IMG/VR virus record: IMGVR_UViG_3300008107_000157
Span: 1 to 64,000 of that record
Reading direction: 5' to 3' (one strand)
Origin: a virus
DNA: 64,000 nt
A program made the position numbers and the translations under genes. Under the pieces are notes generated by a model. The model was not told where the DNA came from and did no database searches. It saw nothing but the letters and a program-made list of their open reading frames with translations. Numbering within the stretch: position 1 is the stretch's first letter; every line of letters starts with the position of its first letter. Positions 1 through 9,326 of the stretch are shown piece by piece.

Positions 1-98
1 TGTGAAGTTATTGTATTGTGGAACTTCAATGATATTTTGTCGGTTGTTCGGTCACGCCTTATAAGAGAAGGGTATTCATTAACCAACTAAGTCTTAAT

Positions 99-123
99 AA
101 AAAAATCCTATATAAGATAGGAT
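99..123 (-). terminator. Possible intrinsic terminator or attenuator hairpin downstream of bS21
   Basis: Minus strand reads ATCCTAT-cttat-ATAGGAT followed by T7; the stem is AT-rich and weak. Confidence 0.45.
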
Positions 124-131
124 ATTCGAAA

Positions 132-139
132 ATAAATAT
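132..139 (-). promoter_or_regulatory. ATATTTAT putative phage late promoter for the next gene, which lies off-window
   Basis: Same 8-mer recurs just upstream of many gene starts in this window. Confidence 0.5.
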
Positions 140-165
140 ATAAATTTTTTAGAAAACTAAAGAAA

Positions 166-363
166 TTATTTGTTTTTATCAAAAATATTTTGTAATTTCT
201 CTTTTCTTATAGCTTTTTGAGTTTTAATTCTTTTAGTTACAGATGGTTTTTCAAACTCTTTTCTATCTCTAAGTTGCTCAATTTGCTTTACGCTTTTTAC
301 TTTATTCTTGTAAGCTTTTAATGCTCTTTCGATGTTTCCATCTTTTACATCAATAATCAACAT
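166..363 (-). CDS. rpsU: Phage-encoded 30S ribosomal protein bS21
   Basis: 65 aa basic protein; MLIIDVKDGNIERALKAYK...LRDRKEFEKPSVTKR matches the bS21 pattern, with a Bacteroidota-like N-terminus. Confidence 0.93.
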   Translation of the reverse strand: MLIIDVKDGNIERALKAYKNKVKSVKQIEQLRDRKEFEKPSVTKRIKTQKAIRKEKLQNIFDKNK

Positions 364-369
364 AACTTT

Positions 370-741
370 TTATTGGTGATTTACTAACTTATATTTTGTT
401 TTATATAATAAAGATACAACTGTATCGATATCGTTTTGAATCCAGCTATCTTGTAATTTTGGATTCTGTCTTAACTTTGCAACCATTACACATAATTTTT
501 CAAAATAATTAATTATGTTTTTGATATCATTATTTTTATCCAATACTCCGATACCAGATAATTGTATTAAACCTTCTTTACCCTGATATACTTCTACTAA
601 TCCATCAATTAATCCACCAATTGAATCATAGTATTCACCCAATGCAACGTGTGCTGAATGTGCTCCCACACCCCTAACACCTAAATGAAATGAATGAGTT
701 TGCGTTCTACTTTGTAATAGTAATGATGCTAATTCTTCCAC
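370..741 (-). CDS. Ferritin/Dps-like four-helix-bundle protein (DUF5856-like)
   Basis: H-x2-H...H-x-ALGEYYD...D-x2-VE pattern resembles Dps ferroxidase ligands; the GTG start overlaps the upstream TAG. Confidence 0.65.
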   Translation of the reverse strand: MEELASLLLQSRTQTHSFHLGVRGVGAHSAHVALGEYYDSIGGLIDGLVEVYQGKEGLIQLSGIGVLDKNNDIKNIINYFEKLCVMVAKLRQNPKLQDSWIQNDIDTVVSLLYKTKYKLVNHQ

Positions 742-1169
742 TATTTTTTATTTTTCGATTCTCTTAACCCTAATCTTTTTCTCATAACTTCTTCGGAAAC
801 ATCTGCAATTTCAAAGTATCTATTCAATACATGTCCCATATCTTCGTAAAGAGCTTCCAATCTTTGTTCTTGTGCTTTTGCTTCTAATGCTTCTTTTTGG
901 AATTTTTCGTGCAATCCTTTTAACTCCTTCATATTACGTTTAATAGTAACTCTATCAAACCAATCACCACCTTCTCTCAAAGTGTATTCTTGTGCCGCAT
1001 CTGCAATACCACCCAAAGTTTCTGCAACAGTTCTAATATCAGATTTTCTATTCATTTGTTCACCAAATTGGCCAAATGTAGAAATTATTTCCAAAAAGTG
1101 TTTTTTGATTTCGGTAGGAAGTTGTTGAAATTCTTCTTCCTCATTCAATAAATCTTTTAACTTTATCAT
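741..1169 (-). CDS. Hypothetical head-module protein with MIKLKDLLNE leader
   Basis: 142 aa helical ORF tightly packed in the head operon. Confidence 0.7.
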   Translation of the reverse strand: MIKLKDLLNEEEEFQQLPTEIKKHFLEIISTFGQFGEQMNRKSDIRTVAETLGGIADAAQEYTLREGGDWFDRVTIKRNMKELKGLHEKFQKEALEAKAQEQRLEALYEDMGHVLNRYFEIADVSEEVMRKRLGLRESKNKK

Positions 1170-1171
1170 AA

Positions 1172-1435
1172 TTATCTCTTTACAATTTTATTTTTTTTCA
1201 ATTTTTGAACTGCTTGAGCTAATTCTTGCGGAGTCATTCCCAAAGCATCTATTAGTTTTGCTATTACTAATTGTTCTTTTCTTCTACCTAAGTTATATGA
1301 TTTGATAACATTCAATGCTCTATCTAAAAATCTTTCAACTTTAGATGGGATTGCTACATCCATATCCTCCAAATCTTCCTTTATTACTTTTGAGGTAATT
1401 TCTTTGCCAGGTATTAAATTTATTAGCTTTGCCAT
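1172..1435 (-). CDS. Hypothetical head-module protein
   Basis: 87 aa ORF with 2-4 nt spacing to its neighbours. Confidence 0.65.
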   Translation of the reverse strand: MAKLINLIPGKEITSKVIKEDLEDMDVAIPSKVERFLDRALNVIKSYNLGRRKEQLVIAKLIDALGMTPQELAQAVQKLKKNKIVKR

Positions 1436-1439
1436 TTTA

Positions 1440-2030
1440 TTAGTTTAATTCTATTATAATTTCTCTCATTAAATCCTGTGATTTACACCATTTACCACAT
1501 TCTTCTGCAACTTTTTTCCATTGCTTTGATTCGTTCATCGGAGCCATAAATGCTCCATGCGTAGATGGATTTGATACAAAATCCCATCCAACTAATTCAA
1601 AGTCTTCCTGAACCATTAAAGTACCATCATTAAGTTCTTTTACTGAACCTAATCCTCTACTACTAATACCTAAACGAATATTATTTTTTAGTAATTCTCT
1701 AAGAATGTTTCCCGATGGAGTTGAAAGGATTTCTACTACACCAACAACATCATCACCATCCCAACCAATTTCTCTAATATTATGTGAAACGTTTTTAAGG
1801 TTAATAACAGGGGAATCTGGATGGTCTAACTCACCCAATGCTCTTCTTTCTTTAATAAGTTGTCCGTATTTTTGACACTCTCTTTCTAAGATTTCTTTAG
1901 GATATCTTCTATTATTTTGGTTAGGAGCACCTGCTCTTTGTAGGATACCTTTAACCAAATAAGTTCCGTTATCTTGTTCTACTAATTTAGCTTCGAACAA
2001 ATGCGTTTCTATTAATAATCCTTTATTCAT
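1440..2030 (-). CDS. Prohead core protease (T4 gp21-like)
   Basis: NxNxRxYP, ALGELDHP, GISSRGLGS and DFVSNPS motifs. Confidence 0.93.
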   Translation of the reverse strand: MNKGLLIETHLFEAKLVEQDNGTYLVKGILQRAGAPNQNNRRYPKEILERECQKYGQLIKERRALGELDHPDSPVINLKNVSHNIREIGWDGDDVVGVVEILSTPSGNILRELLKNNIRLGISSRGLGSVKELNDGTLMVQEDFELVGWDFVSNPSTHGAFMAPMNESKQWKKVAEECGKWCKSQDLMREIIIELN

Positions 2031-2450
2031 TTATCTTATATCTTTTTTTACCTTTTCTACCGCTTTATCCGTCAATCCTTTATCTTCCCACGCTTTTAAT
2101 AATGCGGTTTTTATATGGTTTTTTAATTCAGTTTCATCCAATTTTCCGTTTGTACTATCACTCATTTTTGTTATTTGAGTTTGTACATATCCCATTTTTA
2201 AAATTCTATCAGCAACTCCGTTATTTATTCCATCGTTACTATCTAACAATTTAGCTATATCATTCATAGCTTGTTTATTATTAGATATAGATTCTAATAT
2301 TTTGATAACAGCTTTTCTATATTCACTATTACCATTTATGTAACTACCTACTTTTTTAACTAATTCATTAAAAAAATAGATAACCACTTTACCCAATATA
2401 GCAAAGGATATAGTTAAAAGTATTCCTTCAACTACACCTTCGTTAACTAC
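2031..2450 (-). CDS. Hypothetical protein, probably the -1 frame extension of the upstream ORF
   Basis: Frame is open from the A10 run at 2451-2460 to the stop at 2031; the called start is only a TTG at 2396. Confidence 0.55.
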   Translation of the reverse strand, partial: VVNEGVVEGILLTISFAILGKVVIYFFNELVKKVGSYINGNSEYRKAVIKILESISNNKQAMNDIAKLLDSNDGINNGVADRILKMGYVQTQITKMSDSTNGKLDETELKNHIKTALLKAWEDKGLTDKAVEKVKKDIR

Positions 2451-2854
2451 TTTTTTTTTTGAGCCCCTTCATTTTTGGCTCTCAATGCTGCTAAATCAGA
2501 ACCTTCAATCTCACCATCTTTATCGGTATCGATTTGCTTTTGCTTATCAGTTAATTCAGCCACACTACTAAGTGCTTTACTGAATTCACTGGAAACTTGC
2601 CCATCTACATCCGATTCCATACCACTTGTATCTGCGCTGTATCCCCCATCACTTTCATTATATCCTCTCAACTTACCTTCTGATTTTGCTTTAGCGGCTT
2701 TATCTACAGCGTTAAAGAATGCTTTCTTTTCAGTATCGCTCATAGACTCAATTGATTTACCAGTTCTATCCAACATTGCTTTGAACATTTCTTGATAATC
2801 GTTTTCTTCTTTAACAACTTGTTTGATAAGTTCTTTTAATTGAGTTAATTTCAT
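2447..2854 (-). CDS. Hypothetical head-associated protein with an EF-hand-like loop
   Basis: MKLTQLKELIKQVVKE leader; DTDKDGEIEGSD loop; ends CAA AAA AAA AAG TAG. Confidence 0.7.
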   Translation of the reverse strand: MKLTQLKELIKQVVKEENDYQEMFKAMLDRTGKSIESMSDTEKKAFFNAVDKAAKAKSEGKLRGYNESDGGYSADTSGMESDVDGQVSSEFSKALSSVAELTDKQKQIDTDKDGEIEGSDLAALRAKNEGAQKKK

Positions 2855-2855
2855 T

Positions 2856-3806
2856 TTATTCTGATATTTTTCGTATTTGTTGTTCTAATCTTATAAGTCT
2901 TTCCTTTATCTTATAAATATTACTATTTGTTCTTTTCCAAAAAGACCCGTTAGAAACTCCGTTTTCTGATTTTAATTTACCATACCAACCTAAAAACTTT
3001 TCTATTTCTGCAAGTTGTTTGTTTATGTTTGAGATACCTCTATTTACTTTTGTAGTAGCTGGTGCATCTTCTTTTTTTAATGCAACCCAACGATTTTCAT
3101 TCATTACAAAGTTTCCATCTTTATCGGATACATAGTAGGCAACCATATTATACGAACCCCCTCTTTGCTTTTCAAGCTTTTCTACCTCTTTCTTAGCATC
3201 TTTATAGGATGAATATGAATCTTTGAAAACTCCCTTACCTTGTCCTCTACCTTTGTTATATCCTACATAGTATAAACCTTCTTTTACTACACTATACCCA
3301 GTCAATGCAGCTTGTTTTTTTCCCTTAGATTCTTCATCTTCTTTTCTACCAAATGCGTATGGAGTACCATATCCGGCAACATCGCCCGTTGTAGTAGCTT
3401 CATCAACTTTCAATTCAGCATCTTTATACATACCACTAACTTTAGCATCCAATTCTGCTGCTAATTTTTTCTTTTGTGCCGTTAATGTTTTTAAATGTTG
3501 GATGTGTTGTTTTTCTTCCGGAGTTCCTTTAGATTTTTTATATAATTCTAAATGTTTCTCCATAGAATCGATTACTTTTGCATAATCGGTTTGTATAGCT
3601 CTAACTGAACGTAATTCTGCTAATACGATTTCTTTGATTTTATCGGGCAAACCTTTATGAGATGTGGATGCAAAATCTTTAGCATCTTTATCACTCATTG
3701 AATCAGCTGCTTTCGCAACTTCAGGAGATGGATTTTCCATATCACCTTTTTGAGCGGCATGTACCATTCCCATAAATTTTTGTTGAGCTTTAGATTGTGC
3801 TGGCAT
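2856..3806 (-). CDS. Hypothetical mosaic head-associated protein (N-terminus DUF3008-like)
   Basis: MPAQSKAQQKFMGMVHA start; internal VDE, VKE and MNE junctions between short modules. Confidence 0.65.
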   Translation of the reverse strand: MPAQSKAQQKFMGMVHAAQKGDMENPSPEVAKAADSMSDKDAKDFASTSHKGLPDKIKEIVLAELRSVRAIQTDYAKVIDSMEKHLELYKKSKGTPEEKQHIQHLKTLTAQKKKLAAELDAKVSGMYKDAELKVDEATTTGDVAGYGTPYAFGRKEDEESKGKKQAALTGYSVVKEGLYYVGYNKGRGQGKGVFKDSYSSYKDAKKEVEKLEKQRGGSYNMVAYYVSDKDGNFVMNENRWVALKKEDAPATTKVNRGISNINKQLAEIEKFLGWYGKLKSENGVSNGSFWKRTNSNIYKIKERLIRLEQQIRKISE

Positions 3807-4668
3807 TTTTTAGTTCTTTTAAAAGTTCATAAGACATCATTAATGCCGACAAATGTGATTCTTTTAATTTCTTAACACTTTTAATTTTCTTAATGTTAGA
3901 AATTGTTTCTGCCAATTTGATTTTTGTTACTTTATCTGAAACTTTAGAACCGATTTGCTTTAGACCTTCTGATAAAGAATTAACTTCATTAGTAACATAC
4001 TCTTTTAATTTACCAGTATTGTTAATATTGTTGATATATTCTTTAAGTAATCTTTTTTGTTCTTCTGATAAATTATTGTATTTTTTGTTGAAGTTTTCTA
4101 CTAACATTTTGTAAGATAGCATTCTAACTTCTTCATCTTGCTTTTTATATTCTTCAAAAACTCTATCGTTTACTTTTTTATCTTTATTTTCAATCGATGA
4201 GTTAATCATATTTTCAACGATTGTAAATTTGGAATTAACTATATCCTTTGGTTCAAATGATTCTTTACTAATACTTGCTTCAAAAATTTTGTAGATTGAT
4301 GCTAAAGATTTATAATTTGAAATTGGAGATTTGGTAAACTCATCAATATTATAAGTTTCTTTTATTTGCTTAATAAGATTATATTTTTCTTTTGTGATTT
4401 TCTGCTCATCTAATCTTTTACGAGCTTCGCACACAGTTTCTACGAATTTCTCAGCTTTTGATTCTGAATTATATTTTTCATTAATCAAATACTGATATAG
4501 TTTTAACTCTTTTGAAAGTTCTTTTTTAGAAGAAAAAAATTCTTTTAATATCTTTTCAGCTTTTGAATTAGTATTACCAGACATAATTTCTGATGTAATT
4601 TGTCTTACTAATAATTCAAAAATGAATCCTGTGTTTTTAAACTTTGAGTGTTTAATATTTTTCATCAA
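3790..4668 (-). CDS. Hypothetical protein between portal and protease
   Basis: 292 aa helical ORF beginning KHSKFKNTGFIFELLVRQIT; has its own ATATTTAT motif. Confidence 0.75.
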   Translation of the reverse strand: MMKNIKHSKFKNTGFIFELLVRQITSEIMSGNTNSKAEKILKEFFSSKKELSKELKLYQYLINEKYNSESKAEKFVETVCEARKRLDEQKITKEKYNLIKQIKETYNIDEFTKSPISNYKSLASIYKIFEASISKESFEPKDIVNSKFTIVENMINSSIENKDKKVNDRVFEEYKKQDEEVRMLSYKMLVENFNKKYNNLSEEQKRLLKEYINNINNTGKLKEYVTNEVNSLSEGLKQIGSKVSDKVTKIKLAETISNIKKIKSVKKLKESHLSALMMSYELLKELKNASTI

Positions 4669-4686
4669 TTATATAATTTCTCTGAT

Positions 4687-4694
4687 ATAAATAT
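4687..4694 (-). promoter_or_regulatory. ATATTTAT putative late promoter
   Basis: Intergenic, about 20 nt upstream of the 4668 start. Confidence 0.55.
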
Positions 4695-4711
4695 ACTTTT
4701 CTTTTAGATTA

Positions 4712-6466
4712 TTACTTCTTATCCAAATTCTCTGTTAAAATGGTCTTTTTATTACCATCCATATCCTTAAATACTTCTAAATAGGAAGATTTTCTCGGTT
4801 TGTAATTAACAGACCCTTCTTTTTGTTTAAGAGTTTTAATTCCTAATGGGTCTCTACCTTGTGGATGGTCATCTTTACCATATCTAACTACATCCTTCGG
4901 TCTGCCAACCCCATCTTCTTCTAATTCGTTTTTAATTTTACTAATTTCTTCTTCAACATCGGTAGGGCCGTCTGTTCCCGTTTCTTTTGCCGGGTCAACA
5001 CCTTGTGTTTCGATTGATGTTAAACGGAACATTTGTTTAGTATCCTCTAATACTGCAACTGTTTGTTCATCTTGTTCATCTTGCGCCATTCCCATAATAG
5101 ATTGATACATCCATTCTTTAGAGAACATTTTAGTTTGTTGCATTTGGGTAATCAATGCTACTTTAGAAGTATATAATTCAACCTTCTCTTGCTCATAGAT
5201 TTTAGATGGAATAGTTAATTCTAATGAAAAATCAGTTAAACTATCATCTTCAATTCCTTGTGAATATAAGTGAACTATTGCAATCTTTGTTAATTCTGAA
5301 ATCAATACTCTTTGAATTCTTTCGATGGTTTTTGCAAATCTAACATCTTGTGCTGCTAAAGTTGCCTTACCATTAATATCTTCTTCGTATCCTAAAAACG
5401 CTTTAGGAATCTTTAAAGATGACATCAATTTATTTTTAAGATAATTAATATCATCAATCATATTATATTCCAATCCCTTCAATGTATCGATAGATGTACC
5501 ATTATCACTACCACGAACTGGCATATAGTAATCTTCAATAAGGTTTTGAATATTATATTTTAAGTTGTACTCACCTGTTCTTTCATCAACGAAAGGAACT
5601 TTTTTAGATGAGTTAATAATTTTCTGCATATAGTTATCCACTTCGTTTGGTGGAATATTACCAACATCTACCTTAAAGATTCTCTTTTCAGGAGCTCTCA
5701 TTACTCTATGAATCAACATAGCATCTTCCATAAGAGATAATTGTTTCCAAACCCTTCTACCACCTTCAATCATCGATTTACCATAAGGTAGGAAGTTTGC
5801 ATCTGAATTTAAACGGAAGTGAGCTACTTCATAGTTTTCGTATTCTTTTTTATTTCCTGCGTTAGCTGGAGAATATCCACTATTTGGATTCATAAATGGT
5901 GAATATACGAATTTAACTCTTTGTGGATTTTCTATATCAAATCCTTCTACTCTGCTTGTTTCATATACAGACATTGGGATTACGTTTATAATACCCAATC
6001 CTTCAGCCATTTCTAATTGTAAAAATAAATCACCATATTTTACTAAATTTCTTGTCCAAGGCCATAATGTAAATTCGATATTCATTATATCGTAGAACAA
6101 ATTTTCTAATATTTGTTTTACATTATCATCTGGGTGATGTATCTTTAATATATTACCTTGTTCGTTTTTTGCAGTACATTCATCAGCGTATATATCTAAT
6201 GCCGATGAAAGTATCGGGTCCATGTCCATTGAATCGTAATCTCTAAACAAGTCAATTCTAACTTGCTGATAAGCCATTGCGGATTCTATCAAACCTCCAC
6301 TAAATTGTGGGGTTCTCATACGCATGTATCTATCTACTAAGTTTGTTGTTAAACTTTGGTGCTCATCGGTATCTATTACCTTAATACCTTTTTCGGTTTT
6401 TCGAACTATGGTATTGGTTGAAAATAGTTTTTGTAACCTACCAAAAAATGATTTATCTGATGCCAT
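4712..6466 (-). CDS. Portal vertex protein (T4 gp20-like)
   Basis: LMEDAMLIHRVMRAPEKRIFKVDVGNIP, EDYYMPVRG and IDTLKG motifs; LKIP. Confidence 0.95.
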   Translation of the reverse strand: MASDKSFFGRLQKLFSTNTIVRKTEKGIKVIDTDEHQSLTTNLVDRYMRMRTPQFSGGLIESAMAYQQVRIDLFRDYDSMDMDPILSSALDIYADECTAKNEQGNILKIHHPDDNVKQILENLFYDIMNIEFTLWPWTRNLVKYGDLFLQLEMAEGLGIINVIPMSVYETSRVEGFDIENPQRVKFVYSPFMNPNSGYSPANAGNKKEYENYEVAHFRLNSDANFLPYGKSMIEGGRRVWKQLSLMEDAMLIHRVMRAPEKRIFKVDVGNIPPNEVDNYMQKIINSSKKVPFVDERTGEYNLKYNIQNLIEDYYMPVRGSDNGTSIDTLKGLEYNMIDDINYLKNKLMSSLKIPKAFLGYEEDINGKATLAAQDVRFAKTIERIQRVLISELTKIAIVHLYSQGIEDDSLTDFSLELTIPSKIYEQEKVELYTSKVALITQMQQTKMFSKEWMYQSIMGMAQDEQDEQTVAVLEDTKQMFRLTSIETQGVDPAKETGTDGPTDVEEEISKIKNELEEDGVGRPKDVVRYGKDDHPQGRDPLGIKTLKQKEGSVNYKPRKSSYLEVFKDMDGNKKTILTENLDKK

Positions 6467-6493
6467 TTCTTTTTGTTAAATAATTGTAATTGT

Positions 6494-6525
6494 TAAATAT
6501 ATGGAAAAAATTTGGAATTTCCAAA
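6494..6525 (-). promoter_or_regulatory. Bacteroidota-type promoter variant TTTG-N20-TATATTTA upstream of portal
   Basis: Minus strand TTTG gaaattccaaattttttcca TATATTTA; the final G of the -7 box is replaced by A. Confidence 0.5.
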
Positions 6526-6528
6526 AAT

Positions 6529-7023
6529 TTACCACTTTCTACAAGACCAATATCTTGCTTTCCATCTTGGACCTGGTGTATCACAATTATGTCTAGCTCT
6601 GAAAGATGCTCTTCTATCAGGATTTGATTTTTTAATTCTCATATTAGGGTCACCAAAGTTTACTTTAACAACATTTCCTTTGTCGTTCTTTACATATACT
6701 TTGAATTTCTTAACATCCCCTTGCATTGGTTTGCCCAACTTAACACTTCTTCCCTGATATTCTGCTTCATATACACAATTACATTCTGCTTCTGTTAAAT
6801 ATTGTGTGTACTCCCTCATAAACTGAACGAATTCTTTCATATCTTCTCCGTTCTCTACATCATATTCAGTTGGCTCGTTTTCATCGGCCTCTTTGATAGG
6901 TACACAATTTGGTACTTCTCTGCCATCTTTTTTCTTAGTACCTACCATTTCATATCCTTTCCAACAAGGATTATCCATTTCTTTCAATGGTGATAAGTTA
7001 ACTAATCCGCCTAATTTTATCAT
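6529..7023 (-). CDS. Hypothetical protein with a CWKGY..NCV module and a C-terminal basic domain (DUF6321-like)
   Basis: Likely start is MIKLGG at 7023, downstream of the promoter motif; KVNFGD...RRASFRARHNC...ARYWSC. Confidence 0.7.
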   Translation of the reverse strand: MIKLGGLVNLSPLKEMDNPCWKGYEMVGTKKKDGREVPNCVPIKEADENEPTEYDVENGEDMKEFVQFMREYTQYLTEAECNCVYEAEYQGRSVKLGKPMQGDVKKFKVYVKNDKGNVVKVNFGDPNMRIKKSNPDRRASFRARHNCDTPGPRWKARYWSCRKW

Positions 7024-7049
7024 TTTAAATCTTTTTATAGTTTCAACAT

Positions 7050-7057
7050 ATAAATAT
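7050..7057 (-). promoter_or_regulatory. ATATTTAT putative late promoter
   Basis: Lies between the terminase stop and the ATG at 7023. Confidence 0.55.
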
Positions 7058-7064
7058 ATAAAAA

Positions 7065-8672
7065 TTATCGAAGTAACCAAGTTAAGTTTTCTGTTTCTCC
7101 TCTACCTATCTCCATTTCATACGGATTCTTTTGTTGCCAGTTAGATGTATATACTCCGGTATTGTTTTGTATCGTTGTTGCATTTAACATATTTCTTGTC
7201 AAATCAATACCTTCTTGTCTTAATCTAAGTGCAGTATTTCTAACCCATAATCCAATACTCAACGCCATTACTAAGTCATCATTATATCCTTTCATAGCTT
7301 CTGCTCTACCACCACTCCAAATAAATGTAAATAATTCATCAATCAATCTATTTGAACGAATAAGAATATCCTTATCAGTCATATAGGTATCCAATGCTGA
7401 TATGATAAGAGGACGAGTTTTGGATGTTGTAGAGAATCCCGCAACCATTTGACGTTCTTGCCTATAATGCTTATTAGTCATTTGTTTTTCAACATCTACA
7501 TATTGTAAATCGTTACTCATATAGAATAGATTCGGATATCCTCTATCTATAATTTGCTGAATACAAGCCCAACCTACGTTTGAGTTCTCTACTACTAATA
7601 ATGCGTTGTTATATTCAGTTGCTAATGCTGTTAGGAAGTTTCCAAAATCTTTTGTATCAATCTTACCTCTATATTCACCAACTTGCGATGAATCTTCTAT
7701 ATCAATGATTTGCGCAGTAGAATAATCTGAACCATCGCCCCTCGCCACGTCGGCAGATATCATATATTGTCTATTGTAGTTAGGATGTTCCCATATCCAA
7801 AGGTTTCCATCGAATCCTCTTTTCTCTACGGGCTCCATAACGTATGTATCTTTATACCAAGTCAATAATGCCGGGTCGATTACAGTATCACCCGAACCGA
7901 TAAAGTCACAATCACATTCTTGTGCTGCTCCTTTAACTCCTAAGATACGAGTTTGTTCATCTCTCCAACTTTGATTTCTTTCTGGGTGTACCGTCCAATG
8001 TAAATTGATACAATTGAAACCATTTGCTCCGCTTTCACCTTCTACCCACATTTTATGAAACCAGTTACCCACACCATTTGGAGTAGATAATACGATTGCA
8101 GAACCACCCGTTGATAGGGTTGATTGTGCCGATAACCAAATTTCATCGATATCTCTAATGAACGCTGCCTCATCCACTACTAAAAGTGATAGGGCTTCTG
8201 AACGTCCTGCATCTGGAGAAGATGCGATTGCTTTTACTTGCGAACCATTTTTTAATTTAAGTGATAGTTTATTATCTTCAACTGAACTATTTCCACCATC
8301 TCTTAACCAAATAGGAAGTAAATCGTGCATAACCCTAACTTTCTCTACTAAGTTTTTTGCAACAGTTACTTTAGTTGCAATAACCAACGCATTAAAGTCT
8401 TGGTTGAATAACATCTTCCAAAGTATAAAGCCCGCCGATAGGGTTGATAAACCTAATTGGCGGGATTTAAGAATAATGTTAAATCTATTATCTTTAAAAT
8501 CATCTAAACAATTTTCCTGAAAAGGGTATAGATGAAAAGGTATTTTACCACGAGTAGGGTGTTGGATGACACAATACTTTTTCATAAAGTATATTGGGTC
8601 TAACGCACACTTTTTGTACTCATCGGCGATGATTTCTTTTAGAGTCTTTTTAGGTTGCCCTTGAACACTCAT
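7065..8672 (-). CDS. terL: Terminase large subunit (T4 gp17-like)
   Basis: LYPFQ, KSRQLGLST Walker A, LLVVDEAAF Walker B, STPNG, nuclease DVARGDGSDYS and NDDLVMAL. Confidence 0.95.
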   Translation of the reverse strand: MSVQGQPKKTLKEIIADEYKKCALDPIYFMKKYCVIQHPTRGKIPFHLYPFQENCLDDFKDNRFNIILKSRQLGLSTLSAGFILWKMLFNQDFNALVIATKVTVAKNLVEKVRVMHDLLPIWLRDGGNSSVEDNKLSLKLKNGSQVKAIASSPDAGRSEALSLLVVDEAAFIRDIDEIWLSAQSTLSTGGSAIVLSTPNGVGNWFHKMWVEGESGANGFNCINLHWTVHPERNQSWRDEQTRILGVKGAAQECDCDFIGSGDTVIDPALLTWYKDTYVMEPVEKRGFDGNLWIWEHPNYNRQYMISADVARGDGSDYSTAQIIDIEDSSQVGEYRGKIDTKDFGNFLTALATEYNNALLVVENSNVGWACIQQIIDRGYPNLFYMSNDLQYVDVEKQMTNKHYRQERQMVAGFSTTSKTRPLIISALDTYMTDKDILIRSNRLIDELFTFIWSGGRAEAMKGYNDDLVMALSIGLWVRNTALRLRQEGIDLTRNMLNATTIQNNTGVYTSNWQQKNPYEMEIGRGETENLTWLLR

Positions 8673-9322
8673 TATTTTTTAACTTTGATTTTCCAATAAG
8701 TACCAAACCCAACGTATGGTGAGAATCCGCCGGTAGTACCATCAACAACTCTATTGTTTACACCTAAAGTAAATTGATATATTTTATCTTTCTTAGTTTT
8801 TAACATAATACCTGCTCCAACAGAAGAAACAACATCTGCTTTATTAAATCCACCATTTAAACCATAATAAACTTGGTTTCTAGCTGGTTCTTTAACAATA
8901 AGGGTTTCTTTAATAGTTCTTTGCTTAACGTTAGCATCGAATGTTCTACCTAAGATTTTGTTTTGTGAAATTGTATCAGTTACAGCCACAGTTCCCAATG
9001 AATCAGGCAATACTAATACATCTTTGTATAATACTTTTGAATAGTAATCCTTTAATAATGCCGCCGTATCTACAACTGCAGGAATTAATACTTCTTTTTC
9101 AACAATTGTTTCGTGATAGATATCATCACCTTTCTTAGTTACCACTTTTGTTTTGATTACATCTACTGTATCAATTTCGTGTTTGATAACTTCATATTTT
9201 TTACCCTCAATACGGATAGTTCTTCCACCTGGCATAACTCCACCTGGGTTAAACCATTGTAAAAGAATGTAAACTATTAATGCTGCAATAGCAATGTTTT
9301 TAAAATTCACTAATTTTTTCAT
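8672..9322 (-). CDS. Hypothetical membrane-anchored protein
   Basis: N-terminal hydrophobic helix IAIAALIVYILLQW; beta-rich C-terminus. Confidence 0.65.
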   Translation of the reverse strand: MKKLVNFKNIAIAALIVYILLQWFNPGGVMPGGRTIRIEGKKYEVIKHEIDTVDVIKTKVVTKKGDDIYHETIVEKEVLIPAVVDTAALLKDYYSKVLYKDVLVLPDSLGTVAVTDTISQNKILGRTFDANVKQRTIKETLIVKEPARNQVYYGLNGGFNKADVVSSVGAGIMLKTKKDKIYQFTLGVNNRVVDGTTGGFSPYVGFGTYWKIKVKK

Positions 9323-9326
9323 AATT

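Noticed and set aside
7065-8672. Intein or intron in terminase (also checked portal and SbcCD)
   Set aside because: Lengths are normal and motifs contiguous; no C...HN splice motifs or homing endonuclease seen
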